From: Takakia lepidozioides
Taxonomy: Eukaryota > Plantae > Bryophyta
DNA: 64,000 nucleotides
Direction of reading: 5' to 3'
NCBI GenBank assembly: GCA_030704615.1
Contig: CM060734.1
Span: forward strand, 50,778,001 to 50,842,000
Shown: positions 1 through 11,491 of the stretch, in pieces
Layout of the letters: every line of letters begins with the position of its first letter
Numbering within the stretch: the stretch's first letter is position 1
The notes under the pieces: generated by a model
What the model was told of the DNA's origin: nothing
What the model saw: the letters and a program-made list of their open reading frames with translations, nothing else
Databases searched by the model: none
Program-made: the position numbers and the translations under genes

Positions 1-972
1 CAAGGGTGATTCTGTTGGGATGCCATTGTGGCATTGGGGCTGTCTACATGCTTGTCTTGACTCCCTGTTTCTAGAAAGTGATGACTCATATGTGTTGGTT
101 GTCCTTTTTGTTCAGGTCAGACAGTGGTGGGAGCATGAGGGACAGTCAAGAGAGACCGGTGCTGACATCTCCCCGAAATCAGTGGGGTGTGCTGAGCTTG
201 CTGTGGGGTTCTGCTAAAGATGAGCAGGTTGGCTTACCATGGTATGACCTTTCCTGCTGTTCAAGTCTTTGTTTCGTGTCTTCTTTAGTCTTCAGAACTG
301 CCATTAGAAGATTCAATTCCTGGCTTATAAGTTTCCCTTTCTCTTTGGTAGATTGTGTTCCACTTGTGACATCGTCCTTTTGTTGACCTAAGCTGTGTGC
401 TGCTGGTTGCGTGGCAGATAGAGGCCCTTGTAAAGGAAGTGCAGTCATTGCGAGGAGAAATTGTAGCCGTAGAGGAGCGGGAAACCACACTGCTAGCCCA
501 GTATGTCCATCCTCTTTCTCTAACATTTCATACACGGCATTCACGGATACGAGATTTACCATCTTTCAACTGAGAACGGAAACTAGCACACCTCTGCCAT
601 TCACCTGAGGTTATGTCCAGCAACCAATGGTAGAACTCTGCTGAAAGCTGGGCCTACCAATGGCTTGTTTATCATTCAGAGGGGTTGATCACTCCTTTCA
701 AGAAGGCCAGGTTATTCAGGCTGATACTTGTAGCTCAACCTTCGCTTTGGGCATGGTGATCTGTTGTATGATATGTTTAGAGTCTAGCTGGTGGGGAAGT
801 GATTTCCCGCTTGTAGATTCTTTTGTGCTAAAAACTTTCTCATCTGAAGGACCCCGGCATTTTAAAACATCTCGTCAGGGGTTCTACACAAAATGTGATG
901 ACAAGCTTTTCTTTACTGCTAACTGTGGAAATTTCTGGCTTACACTGTGAGATGATCGTAGAAACCTGTTAG

Positions 973-2274
973 GATTTGATACAGGACGTGCCATGTGGGA
1001 CAGATTGGACCATGTTGATAAAGTGCTTCGGACAGCTCAGCTTGCAAGCTACCTGCACACACGCACAGTGAGTCTTCAGTGGCGTAGTGGGCTTAGATTC
1101 TGCCAAATCCTATACCATGTTTGTGTGTGAACCTCGCTTCTGGAGTGGGGAAGTGATGATAGGGAGGCTAAGGAGGGAGATAATATCAGGGAGTTATTGA
1201 TCTGAATGTTTAAGCGAGGAAATCTAGGTCGGCTGACTGCCCTTTATAGTTCCGAGAAGCAGAACAATGCAACTATCTTTCAATGTAAGCTTACTGTGCA
1301 GCAGTAAGGTTCCCTCCCGTTTTTTCCCTTCGTCTGGGGTTCTCACAATGATTGCATGCTTCTGAGAGGTTGCTATCTGGCTTGATATATTCTCAAAATA
1401 GAAAGCGGTGAGATAATAGTTGGTGGCCGGTTATGTGGAGCAGAGATGGACAGCGTTGCCAGGGGAACCACCATTGGATGATACAGATGTTGATGATTGG
1501 TTGCTCCGGTTTCTTGTGCTTCGTGGGTCCTCTATCTGTTTCTACCTCCGTGCAACAGGTGCATGTTATTTTGTATTGTCTCTTCTGTGTGGGAAGTATG
1601 GACATACAGTAGCTTGCTTTTGGAGAGATGCTGATCACCCTGGTACAAGAGAGAAGATAATGTGGGTAACCCAAGTAGATGTTGGCTTGCCCAGACACAA
1701 TTCATTCTAGTTCCCAGAAGTCTAAAATCACATTCTCATGGGAGGAAGATTCTTTTGTATTATTCCATGTTTCACAGTATAGCCAGAGTATTGTGTTATT
1801 GTTGTCAGTATGGTAGTTTTTTGAGTCACCGTACCATCATTGTGCCAGATTTGAGACCCCAATGCACTATAATGCAGAGTGAGATTGTAGAGGCAGGCCC
1901 CATCCCTCAACACCTGCACCATCAGGGTGATCCACGTTGGTCGGCATTTCACATCACAACTTGCCATGGCTTACGTCTCGAGTGCTCTTCGCTTGTGAAT
2001 CTTCAGGTGCCTTTTCTATCATATTTGAGCTCTTCCTGTCTGAGCTTTCAGAAAGTGGATTGTGTTTTTGTGTCTTCTGTAGCTGATGGGTGATGATCTT
2101 GTTAAATTTTGATGTGGGTGTAAATGACATGGCTAGGGCACTGTTGGGTGAATGAAGGTGGAATGCTGGCTGACATCTATAAGAGCAGGATACAACTGTC
2201 TAAACCCTCAACCTGGCCAAGACCTGTCAGCTGATTGCCCCAGAATTGCCGAGGCCCAGAACTCAGATGCGTAA
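973..2274 (+). CDS. Pleckstrin-homology (PH) domain protein, 3' part (upstream exons unresolved)
   Basis: GT-AG exons 973-1067, 1444-1558, 1849-2006, 2158-2274 splice in frame: ...LASYLHTRT|RWTALPGEPPLDDTDVDDWLLRFLVLRGSSICFYLRAT|DLRPQ...FHITTCHGLRLECSS...|VECWLTSIR...*. This is a plant PH-domain pattern with the conserved C-terminal helix Trp. Confidence 0.8.
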
Positions 2275-3495
2275 ATAGGGTATGCAGCCCCTTCTCCAGC
2301 ACTAATAGAGTCAGGTCTGTTGTATAGGAATTGCAGTGTGATAAGAAAAGGCTCTCTCCACCCCACAAGAGTAGCTGTTTGGCTGGTGGAGTTTTTACGG
2401 TGAAGTAGAGAATGAAATGCAGGGCTTGTATGCGTTTAGCGAATAGTTTGTGTGAAATTCAAGGCAAACTGCTGCATCTAAACTTGGTACAGACATTGGA
2501 TTTTGAACAGCGAAGATGGTGGGCTTTTTGGAGAGCGATGGAACATTAAGCAGCACTATCCAAGCAATTATGGGCTAAGCTGTAGCAAGAAAAAACTTCA
2601 ACGAGTTGTCTATGTGGCTTCTTCTGCCATGGAAAGTGGACGTACCCATGAGAACAGTCATCTCGAGCTTCTAGGCATCTGTTTCTTTAGGAAAGAGAGG
2701 TTTGCCAATGACTTGTGCACATACGCTGACCTAGTTGCATTTTGCACGGAATTGATGCCTCCAAAGATTTAGTATTTCCGGTTTATGAGGTAATGTAAAT
2801 GGGTGCCGAAGATCTGTTGGATGGCCACTGAATGGTATCTCATTACGTGGCTGCATGCTTACCAGTGCCACTGGAATGCTGAGAATGATAAGCACGGTAA
2901 GGTTGGCCATCATCTTCATGTTCCGAAAGGTTGCAAAGAGCTAAGGACTTAGGCATGGTCCCTCTTGAATTGTATGATAAAGGCAACATAGAGTGGGATA
3001 AGTTTACCGAACTTTTACTTCTGGTGGATATCATCTGCAATACAATTTTGACCTTATTTTGACTTTATTCCGGTAGTCTACTTTTAGCTGTTCTGCTAAC
3101 ATACAATGTTTTCAAAATGATCATAGGGACTGCCTTGGTCAAAAGGCAAAAGATCTCAATTGTGGGAAAAATTGACCTTATTTTTACTTTTTCTATTTAT
3201 TTCCTGCAAGAGCTTTCTTTTACTTTTACTTTTGCTTTTTTTAAGCAGGGCACAGAGGACCTTTTCTCCAGTCATACAAAAGTTCTTGCCTTCAGGGTCC
3301 ATAGAGTGATTTGACAGCCAAAAAAAGATGTATCAATTTAGATGCGAGAGGTGCTATAAAAGCTTGTACAGGGTGGGTGATGATTGCTGTTCATCATCTT
3401 GTGTCTAGTGTTTCAGATACTTAGAGCTGCCAAAGCAGGCCCTGTGCACTAAGTATATTCAAGCCTCTGGGAGGAGATTGATAGAAGAGCTGAGT

Positions 3496-4189
3496 ATGGA
3501 GAGGAAGCACTTGCTCACGATCTTCTTCAACCACAGCAATGACGCTCACCACTTGATATTCACATTTAAGCATAGTGAAGATTCTGAATTCTCCAAAAGT
3601 AGGATTCTTCCTGCACGCAACCCCGTGGCCGTATACGAATGGGAATACACCAAGCTTGGATTTTGCATGGAGTTGACATCTTTACACCTGAAGTTGGGGG
3701 AACGATTTGTATTTTTGCACCAACCAGGATCTCCGTGGTATTCACAGTGTGACCATCACTATAGGCGATAACAATCCTTCGAGGTACATTGTCATGTCGC
3801 ACGATATTCGTGAGGGGCACACGCGCTCTCTTGTGATGCCGAGTAATCAGCCAAACAGACCGGAAGACAAAGGAGGACTGGGCCTGATCTGCCACCCTCT
3901 TGCTGAACAGGTTGGAGAAATGCGAGGCTGCGTGATTGTCCGAAAGAGCCGAGATGGAAGTAGCAGCACTCCTCTGTTTGGCCTTAAGAGAAAAATAGGA
4001 GAAATTGTGTGTCCGATATGTGTTGACACCATCAAGTGTGCGATAGCAACTCCGTGTGGCCATCTTTTTTGTCAACAGTGTCTGGAGCAGGCCATGTACG
4101 CGCAACTTGAGCAGACACGGTGTGCAACTTGCCGAACAAAAATCAGCCCCAACTTTAGCCCTGCAGAAAACCGTCGCATATACATTTAG
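3496..4189 (+). CDS. Intronless C3HC4 RING-finger protein (probable 1-nt frameshift near 3696-3700)
   Basis: CPICVDTIKCAIATPCGHLFCQQC...CATCR...RRIYI* in ORF 3707-4189. The upstream ORF (ATG 3496) joins it if one G is removed from the G5 run. Confidence 0.65.
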
Positions 4190-4270
4190 TTGAGGAGCTG
4201 ATGATCAAGTGTTGCTGCTTTTTATTATAACCTAAGTCAACTCAGAGACCAACAGTCAGTAGCTCAGTAT

Positions 4271-4347
4271 TGTGAAAGAGGTTATTTTCTCCTCTCACGC
4301 CTGTGATTTGTGAGCCGTCGCTCCCAGGTGTTTCCCAAAAAAAAAAA
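4271..4347 (+). repeat. Poly(A)-tailed short retroposon 3' end, copy 1
   Basis: TGTGAAAGAGGTTATT..CTCCTCTCAC...GATTTGTGAGC..CTCCCAGGTGTTTCCC + A11; similar to 4861-4953. Confidence 0.6.
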
Positions 4348-4860
4348 CACCCAGATGATTTATGATCTGATGCAACCTTTGATAAATGTTGGTCCACTGG
4401 ATTGATTGAGTTCTTATACATCTGTTACCACTACCGCAACTCAACTAAAAAGATTTTTTTTTTAATGTATGACCCAATTGTTCAGCAATTATGAGCACTA
4501 GAGCATGCAGCAAGTGGTGAGGTGTTTGTGCCTTTTTGCCTGTGCATAAGCACTAAGCAGGGTTCATCATCTGAGGTTCAAAGTGTCCACCTGCCAGCCA
4601 AAGGCCAGAGTCCTTTGGGACCAAGAGACTTCGTTCTAATTCTAATCTAATCCTCTACTTGTAATTCTAATCTAGTATTCTGGATACTCCTTTGAGCTAG
4701 CATATGATTTTGCTACCTGTTCCATATTTTTGCAAACTTAGTTTTGCTATTTTAGTGGAGGCCCTGGGTGGAGATCAGTAGTGGTAGTAAGTTGGAGACT
4801 GTGAGGGGTGTGGTATGGTTCCTGGGTGCTGCCCCATTCCTACCCCTCACGGAGGGTTAC

Positions 4861-4953
4861 TGTGAAAGAGGTTATTGTCTCCTCTCACTATTGAGGGGCC
4901 TGATTTGTGAGCTGTCCCTCCCAGGTGTTTCCCTTTAACCAAAAAAAAAAAAA
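4861..4953 (+). repeat. Poly(A)-tailed short retroposon 3' end, copy 2
   Basis: Same sequence as 4271-4347 with a small insertion, ending in A13. Confidence 0.6.
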
Positions 4954-5959
4954 CCCTTACTCTATACCCTTGTTAGGGGTAATTATTTATTATTTACTCC
5001 TGGTTTTCTTTCATATTAACCCTTTATTCACATGCCACCTCACAGCTGAGTCACCACTACGTGGCGCGGCGTGAAAATCAAGGGTACTAGAAAGCGTATG
5101 TGTAAGGGTATTTGTAGGGTAGAGTGTGAGAGCATGCCCAACAGCTCTCTACATTGCGTTGGGGGGCACAGTGAATCATGTGCGAGGAAGAATTGGGAGC
5201 AGGTAAAAAGTGGGCCATCACAACATTATTCACACACAGGGCATTTTCCAACACATGTGTGGTACATTACCTTGGATCCAGAGTTGGCGAATGCCCTCAG
5301 TGTGAATAATGTCCATGCTGGTTTTGAGTTTTGACAGGAACTTCTGTGTGGGCTCTCTTCAGGATTTCCTTTGGTGCACCGGTGGCGAAAACCACAGACA
5401 TGTGGTATTTCCAGGAGTGTCTGTTCCCTCAAGTCCCTCTTAGACTAAAAGATGCAATGACTTGGTGGAAGCTGTGAGGAAGGCCACATTCTCTTCAAGA
5501 GGTGCAACGAGACTTTCATCTGTCTGCATAGGGCAAGCTCCAATGAGAGGGGTAATGGTGGCCAGCTTCCCTTTGAGACTTTGGTGTATGAGTAAACTGG
5601 TGTACTTCCAATTCAAACTGGTGTAAACTTCTCTTCCTCTTATCAATATTAAAGAGCAATCTACAAGGCCTTGCAGCCATACCCCTGCCCAGACAACCCC
5701 TCCCACTCCAAATTCAGGCCGGTAAATTTATCTTTTCTTGTTTTTAAAACCAGAGAAGTAAATAACTGCATTTTTAACCTTGCATACAGATGAACAAACA
5801 CACTCAACATTGATCACATCCTGTGTTCACTGGTAACTGTTTTGTACGGAATACCAAACACCGATGCAATTTGTATTCCGTTTTGCATCACAGGAGCGAA
5901 GTATATGGTATTGTACAAGGATTCAAGCCTTCATTTTTCATTGTTTAGCCATACCATCA

Positions 5960-6690
5960 ACCACTCTCTAATTTGCAGACTCCTGCATCTGGCATACATG
6001 TCCATGAGGGTACTGTTTAGATTGATGATATCAGCATGGATCCCTTAGCCTTTTCCTAGAGCTGCTGGCAAAGGCAGAGGAACATGACCTAGTTTGGCTT
6101 CACCCCCCATTGCTCATAGGTCTTCAATGAGTCAATCCCCACCCATGCTAGGTATATGATGCAATCACACTCCATTTCACCACAATTTGTCTGGCCTTAT
6201 TCTGAAACACTCTGTTTGCATTCTTCATGCTCCTGATTACCATATATGTCCAGAAGGGTAGTACTCAGAATGACATCTGGTAAATCCAGCTTTCATCATG
6301 TCAGCATGGACCTCTTTGCCCTTGTCCAAAGCTGCCTGACTTGCACACACGTTGTAAACCACCATATCCTGGTCCGGCTTCATTCCTTCCTGCATCATTT
6401 GCTCACAGGTCTCCAAGGCATCCCTACCACACCCATGCTCATATATATGCCATCCATGCAATCGATCCTCCTTGACACATTTTGTCAAACACTCGGTGTG
6501 CATCCATGATGCTCCAGCACTTGCTGACGAAGCTGTTGCGTAGAAACATAGTTGGCTTAATTCCACTTTAAATAATGTGGGTATGCACCTGCTGCTAGGC
6601 CTTTTATTTGGGTTGATACAATTATGCAAGAGACAGACCTAAGTATTGGAATCTGCTCAAAAACCTCCTTGGTTGAAAATGTGGTCCAGA
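5960..6690 (-). pseudogene. Decayed PLS-class pentatricopeptide-repeat (PPR) gene fragment
   Basis: HGCGRDALETCEQMMQEGMKPD...CASQAALDKGKEVHADMMKAGF and IHADIINLNSTLMDMYARCRS are P/L/S motif remnants, broken by stops and frameshifts. Confidence 0.75.
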
Positions 6691-6834
6691 TTCACCACAC
6701 TTCAAGCACAGGAGGCATTGTGGATTGATAGCAACAACATCTACAAGGGTAGACGGTGAAGTGGAAGGAGCACTTAGGCACCTCCACCATCACCACTGCT
6801 TTTGGAAGAGCAAGAGAGGGAGTCCACAAGATCT

Positions 6835-7150
6835 CTGGCACAGGTATGTGAGGACACTAGGCTGAAAGAGGCTCTGTACATATTCAACCAAGGAGGCTTT
6901 TCAGCAGATTCCAATACTTGCGTGTGTGCCTTGCAAATCAGGCACCTCCCTCACGACTGCTTCTGAAAGAGGACCAGATTCCCCAAGATCTCTAACTGGC
7001 ACTCATGGACGTGTGAGAACACTTTGTGAGGCAGGACAACTGAAAGGCTCTGCACAGTTTCAACCAAGGCGGCAATTTAGCAGATCCTGATAATTATATC
7101 TTTCTCTGCCTCACAATTGAACAGAATTCTCCACATTTTCAACCAATTAT
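6835..7150 (+). pseudogene. Duplicated PPR N-terminal motif remnants
   Basis: LAQVCEDTRLKEALYIFNQGGFSADSNTCVCALQ, with a second decayed copy at about 7020-7110 and an inverted copy at 6625-6682. Confidence 0.5.
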
Positions 7151-10032
7151 GTGCAAACACCAAAACCCTATGTACCATACACTAGTTTCTATGCTGATTA
7201 TCTACAAGCCTTTGAAAATGTGCTGGGGAGAATGACAACATTGCAAGAAAGCTTTTCAAAGCATCTTGTTGTCTACTTCTGCTGTAATATATAACAGGCA
7301 TTCAACTGTCTGGTTTGATTGTCCCACCATTGTCTCCTATTTGAAGAATACTCCCTCCAAAGCTCCAAAGCTTCTCATTGTTTCCAGAGGTTTGCAACCG
7401 ACTGCCATAACATGTCAAAGTGGTTCAGAGTGGCATTGACATGCTACTGTCAGTGGGGGTGCAAGTCTTGGAGACACAGTGGCCTCATCAAACAAACTAG
7501 GTGCAGCTAACCAGTGATAGTTTTAAACACAGCCTCCTAAGAGCAAGCCGACCCTCCCAAGTACCTTGTGAACACCACGAATGCCCTTGGGCAATGTATT
7601 TTCATGACCTTCTTAGGAAGAACCACCTATGATACTAAAAAGACAAGCCACTTTTGCGGAATATTCATGTCATATATGAAGAAAGCCAGACCTTGCCATC
7701 ACTGTTGTCCCACCCTCGTTGAAGGACTACTCTTTCCAGTGCTGTTCCATGCTCCATGGTTAGACCTTCGTCCGAGAAGCTCCAAGACCATCAGAAGTTT
7801 GATAGGGCCCCTTATGGACGAGTATTAGCTTTCGACAACATTCATGCAAGTCACTCTGGGCTCTATAGCAAGTATGACAATGAGAAAAATACAAACACGT
7901 CCAAAGTTGCAAATGCTAAACAAGCTTGTTCACGACTGACAGTGATCAGGCTTATTGCCAGTCACACTGACTTCCATCTTCAAGCTTGCCCGCATCCCAT
8001 TCTGGTATCTTTCCACGTCAATCCTCGTTGGGTGAAAGAAAAGCTAATTGCCATGACACAAAGTCGAGAGCAGTCTTGACCTTGTGTCGTGGCAATTTGA
8101 GTTTGTTTCACCCAAACAAGGATTGAAGCAACTCTCAATCCGTAGGACCTCTGCATCTGTATTCTGGAAAATTGGATTGAACCAACATTTTAACAAAGCC
8201 ACAACCATCAACAATCCCAAGGCCAAGGGAGACGGTCAGGAGGTTATTTCATTTCTCTACTATCAGGTGGTTCATATTATAATGTCTGTTGCAACTCCAT
8301 CTCATAACCTCCATGTCAACTCACAATTGGTCATATGCATTACAGTGATTATTGCCTCCTTTAGAAGCTTCGGTACTTGGGGGATTTTACAGTATTCTGC
8401 CAGTTGTCATTAGCAGGGCTTTTTTTGTTTCACGGTTACCAATAAACCTGATTCTTTTAATGGTAATATCTGGCGGTTAGTAGTCCCACATTTCTAATAC
8501 ACCACTTTACGAACCAGTATCAGGGAAAACAACACAGATTTTACATATCTCCCTCCAGCCTTCATTTTGGATTCATATGAGTTAATACAAAATCACCAGA
8601 CACTAGATCCATGCAAAAGTGGAAAAGGGATCAAAGCACTGCAAATGGATTCAAACATGCAACAAAGTAGGGATTCCAATAGATTGAAAGGCTAATGACT
8701 TCACTTATACACTGAAATGAGGATTTCCCCTACACTAGAATGGCACTTCACGTACTCATGCATTGAAATTGCTAAAGATTGTTCAGGGGTCATAGTCATA
8801 TTCATACTCCAATGGCAAATGATAGCAAACTCAACCCATCTCGGCATCTCAAATGGTCAAAGCCCACCTCAGGGATGTACCGGCCCCCCTTCCGCTCCCG
8901 GGTCCACCATGGGTTGTTTGTTGATAACCGGGCCAATTTTGGGGGCTGTTCCGGTTCTCGAAAAAAAAACCCACTGAAAGTTCTTTGCTAAGTCCCAGCA
9001 CCTGGATGGGAATTTGCGGCTATTTGTGGCGGAATCAGATAACCGCCCAACACTGGAAAAACCCTGGGGAACCTACTTTTATCTCCTGCTTCGATCCCAT
9101 ACTGACACTAACACTTGCAGAAAAACCCGAGATTCTAAACAACTCATAACAGACGTAGTCAAACTCCCTCTATGACAGTACTTCACATCGTCCATGAAGA
9201 AAGCTCGCCCTCTCAACGCTACCACCATCGTCAAAGGGTCTTTACAGAACCCCTGCCAGCAATGTTCAATTTCAAAGAGGACAAGTGATCCTATGATGCA
9301 TAGTACATAGCGATCCAAAAAGAGAAACCAAAAGAAAAAGCAGAGTGTGCGCGCGTTATTTCTATTACCTACTTCCGTTCGCATCCCAATAAGGCCTGGG
9401 AAGCGCCAGAGAACTTGCTAGGACTCCATACTTGGCGCATTGCCAAGGGGGATGCCGCTTTCAGCTCCAGCCCAGCCCCTTATTCACCGTGCTGCGTGAC
9501 TTGAAGAGTCTCGCATCGCCGAAACGACAAGACAGGCCTTGGATACGGCGTCGGCATGCACTGTATGCTGAATCGCTGAGCACACTGTCATCGTCCAAGT
9601 GAAGCCGAGAACAAATTTTGCATTAGCATTGCATCAGCATGCTTCTCGGCATGGAAAGAGATCGTCCAGCTGCATGCATGACGCATCGGTGCAACCGGCA
9701 TCTCTCTCCCACCTCTCTCTCGCTCGAAGGTCCCCAAGTTGAATCAAGTAGTTTCTTAAACCATCCTTCTAAAAGTAGGTGTCATACCCAAAGCAATGAG
9801 GCCCGTTCGGTTTTGTGATTTATCATAGTCCATAACAGCGTTGCTATGTGTACACTGACCCCCTACACAGCTTGACTCAAAACTCAGCAGCCACACCTCC
9901 TTGTCATTCTTCTCCCTGCATTCAGTAAGCTTTGCTTATTGTTGGTTCAGCCACACTTCCACTTGTGAGTAGCATTTTTGTATCACTAGTGATGAAGCCA
10001 TTTGGTTTGCAGGTGAGAGTAGCATTCAAGCG

Positions 10033-10515
10033 CTACAACCAATATAGGGATCTTTGTGAGAGGGGCTTGGCACTCCAGCAGTGTGACTTACCTTGATATG
10101 AACAATTAGTTTGGGCTTTCCAGACATCCTCCATATAGCCCTTCACCCAAGCATCAATCTGCTGGGTGTGAGCAGCCCCAAAGTTAGACACAAACAAGGC
10201 CAGGCCTTTGGGCTTGGAGTCTAGATTTGAAAAGTTGGTGAACGGAGGAGCAGGAACCATGTTCTTGATGTTCCTGGAGAGGGCCACTCTCTGATGAGAA
10301 TACCCGGTACAATGTGTCAGAAAATCAGGTTGCACACATTGGGCAATTACTATCTCCTTTTCCTCTCTGCATCTGTTTAGTGTTCAAAGGTACTTCGCTC
10401 CTCAATGCCTGAGTTTAAATTTCAGTCTAGTGCCAAGGGTTAGCAGCCCTTGAGATCATCCTTAAGGTCCTCGCCCATGCCACAGATTGGAAACAAGTTC
10501 AGGGAAGTCTTGAGG
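10033..10515 (-). mobile_element. RTE/RTEX-like LINE fragment (family A), C-terminal Zn-finger region
   Basis: Matches the katanin-intron copies (AHTQQIDA.VKG..ED.WK; RLKFKLR). Its 5' end lies next to a (TC)n tract on the element strand. Confidence 0.85.
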
Positions 10516-10526
10516 GAGTTTTGCGA

Positions 10527-10529
<3 letters not shown>

Positions 10530-10562
<33 letters not shown>
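10530..10562. repeat. (GA)n microsatellite
   Basis: About 16 perfect GA units. Confidence 0.95.
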
Positions 10563-10568
<6 letters not shown>

Positions 10569-11491
10569 AGACTTGCAGGTGCATTGTTAATGTGATGCCC
10601 ACATGACGGATCGCTTGAGTCTGGGGTTATGGTGCCTCCTGCTATTGCTGCACAACATCACATTCAACTGCGTCTTGACTCTTGTGCGGTGGGCAGCACT
10701 TCGCCACTCGTGGTCTTAGCAGGTATTGAGAAGAAAGAACTGCATAGAGGATGGGTAGCTGGACGGCTCAATTGTGTGGAGGATCCAAAGAGCACTGAAC
10801 AACACTGCAACGTTTCTCTGTGAGGATAAGCCATTTGAAAGCAACACCAAAGAATACAGAACATTGACTTTATACAGACTGGCATGGACAGGACATTAGG
10901 TGGCCTATTCTCAGAGGGATACTAACAGAGACCTATCTTGAAACCAACAGATATCAAATCCATTATGGCAAACCAATTCATCGGACGAAAGATGCCTTAT
11001 TTGTTACCACATCCAATAAGAGGTGGCTTCTGAGTGAGCACATAAAAACAACAACCTTGTGTGCAAAGAAGCTAAGTCAGAATATCTTCTAAGTTATATG
11101 TGTACAAAGGTAAAACTCTGTGGCAGCTGCAGTAAGATTCAGGGAGGGTCAGTGAGACTGTGGTTGGGCTGCAAGAAAAAATGCAAGCCAACCAATTCAC
11201 AGTCCTTCCATCAAAGGGTGATCAAGCAAGTCCAACATGATGCATTTCTAATAGAAGTTGTATGCACTCATATGAGGTGCGCTACAATGCCAGGCTTTCA
11301 AGTCTGACGTAACAACACCTACTGACAAAGAAAATAGCATTTGCAATTTGAGCATGAGGTGCTGATGTGATGAGGATAGAAGGGAAAGGAAGAGCCTTCC
11401 AAAAAATGACGACATCAATCTACCTGGATGAACACACAAAGGCAAATAGGGGGGGACCTGTGTATGGCCCAAAGGTCAGATGAGGACAATA

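Noticed and set aside
179-960. Minus-strand 127-aa ORF and flanks as a gene or gag remnant
   Set aside because: No recognisable motif; it lies antisense within the probable PH-gene intron.
8414-9066. hAT-like MITE with CAGGGYTTTT ends
   Set aside because: The inverted match is short and there is no 8-bp TSD.
7300-9660. Possible decayed multi-exon gene on the minus strand
   Set aside because: Exon-like blocks contain stops and I cannot assign a family or a consistent frame.
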